This document shows, piece by piece, positions 63,187-64,000 of a DNA stretch of 64,000 bases. The notes below the pieces were generated by a model. That model was not told where the DNA came from. It did not search any database and saw only the letters and a program-made list of their open reading frames with translations. The stretch comes from an uncultured Thermoleophilia bacterium (GTDB lineage: Bacteria > Actinomycetota > Thermoleophilia > UBA2241). The position numbers and the translations under genes were made by a program. Each line of letters opens with the position of its first letter. Positions within the stretch are counted from its first letter, which is position 1. The DNA lies in NCBI GenBank assembly GCA_963715985.1, contig CAVQSP010000014.1, positions 608,001 to 672,000 of the forward strand, in the 5' to 3' direction.

Positions 63187-63674
63187 GCAAGGAATCGTCG
63201 TTCGACGTCGTCTCCCGGGCCGACATCAACGAGGTGCGCAACGCCGTGAACATGGCGCAGAAGGAGATCGCCACGCGCTACGACTTCAAGAAGAGCGTCA
63301 GCGCGATCACGATAGAGGGCGGGGAGCTGGTGCTCGTCTCGGACAACGAGGGCAAGCTTCGCCAGGTCGTGGAAGTCCTGGAGGAGAAGCTCGTGCGCCG
63401 CAAGGTGCCGCTGAAGGCCATCCAGTACGGCAAGATAGAGGAGGCGCTGGGAGGCACCGTGCGCCAGCACGCACCCATCGCCCAGGGCATCCCCGACGAC
63501 AAGATCAAGGCCATGAACAAGCTCCTGCGCCAGCGTTTCAAGAAGGTGAAAGTGCAGATCCAGGGCGACACGCTGCGCGTCTTCTCGGCCAGCAAGGACG
63601 AGCTCCAGTCCGCCATGGGCGCGCTGCGCGACGAAGACTGGGGCATCCCGCTCCAGTTCGTCAACTACCGCTGA
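63183..63674 (+). CDS. yajQ: YajQ family nucleotide/c-di-GMP-binding protein
   Basis: SFDVVS, EVRNAV, RYDFK, QIQGD, DELQ, LQFVNYR. Confidence 0.94.
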   Translation: MSKESSFDVVSRADINEVRNAVNMAQKEIATRYDFKKSVSAITIEGGELVLVSDNEGKLRQVVEVLEEKLVRRKVPLKAIQYGKIEEALGGTVRQHAPIAQGIPDDKIKAMNKLLRQRFKKVKVQIQGDTLRVFSASKDELQSAMGALRDEDWGIPLQFVNYR

Positions 63675-63682
63675 GGTCGGGA

Positions 63683-64000
63683 ACGGGCGCCGGGTTCTTC
63701 ATCCAGACGCTCGGCTGCCCCAAGAACGAGGCCGACTCCGACGCGCTCGCCCGGCGCCTGCGGGCGGCCGGGCACCACGAGACCCAGCCCGGCCGTGCCG
63801 ACTTCGTCGTCGTCAACACCTGCGGGTTCATCGACGCCGCCAAGGAGGAGTCCATCGAGGCGCTCCTCGACGCCGCCGAGGTGGCGCACGCTCACGGCGC
63901 GCGCGTGGCCGCGGTCGGCTGCCTGGTCGAGCGGCATCGGGAGGAGCTCGCGCGCGAACTGCCGGAGGTCGATCTCTGGTGCGGCCTGGACATGGCGCCG
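63683..64000 (+). CDS. rimO: Ribosomal protein S12 methylthiotransferase RimO (5' part, runs off the window; start uncertain)
   Basis: Translated by hand: [14 protein letters not shown]...[16 protein letters not shown]...GCLVER...ELPEVD. Confidence 0.88.

Overview
High-GC bacterial chromosome segment, most likely Actinomycetota and probably Thermoleophilia-like (inferred from mIHF-gmk-rpoZ-coaBC synteny plus a Firmicute-like pyrK/pyrD pair and PyrR leader). It has two parts. (1) Bases 1-29.1 kb are a same-strand catabolic cluster: hydantoinase/oxoprolinase A+B, a Dpp/Opp-type ABC importer, a degenerate opine-dehydrogenase homologue, an M19 dipeptidase, a corrinoid protein, a pyrrolysine-free MtmB-family methyltransferase, a ThDP enzyme, a Cys/Thr-type proline-racemase-family enzyme, a CysK-like enzyme, BKACE, a class III aminotransferase, a pyrrolysine-free MttB-family methyltransferase, PanB, a class I aminotransferase, an unusually long PutA and a PAS-PAS-LuxR regulator. 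Two near-identical sigma-A promoters, each with 11-bp-phased GTAT boxes, appear to link two operons into one regulon. (2) Bases 29.1-64 kb are core genome: the pyr operon without pyrE/F, mihF-gmk-rpoZ-coaBC, htpX/lemA, an L,D-transpeptidase, rimP-nusA-infB-rbfA-truB-ribF-rpsO-pnp, an M16 peptidase, dapB-dapA-rnj-ftsK-rodZ-yajQ-rimO. The best candidate for a new system is a B12-dependent, pyrrolysine-independent N-demethylation pathway, possibly feeding proline/hydroxyproline catabolism. About nine single-base indels, nearly all +1 and one of them in carB, look like sequencing errors rather than pseudogenes. No rRNA, tRNA, CRISPR array, integrase or transposase was seen. All family assignments come from recognising motifs by eye; no database searches were run.
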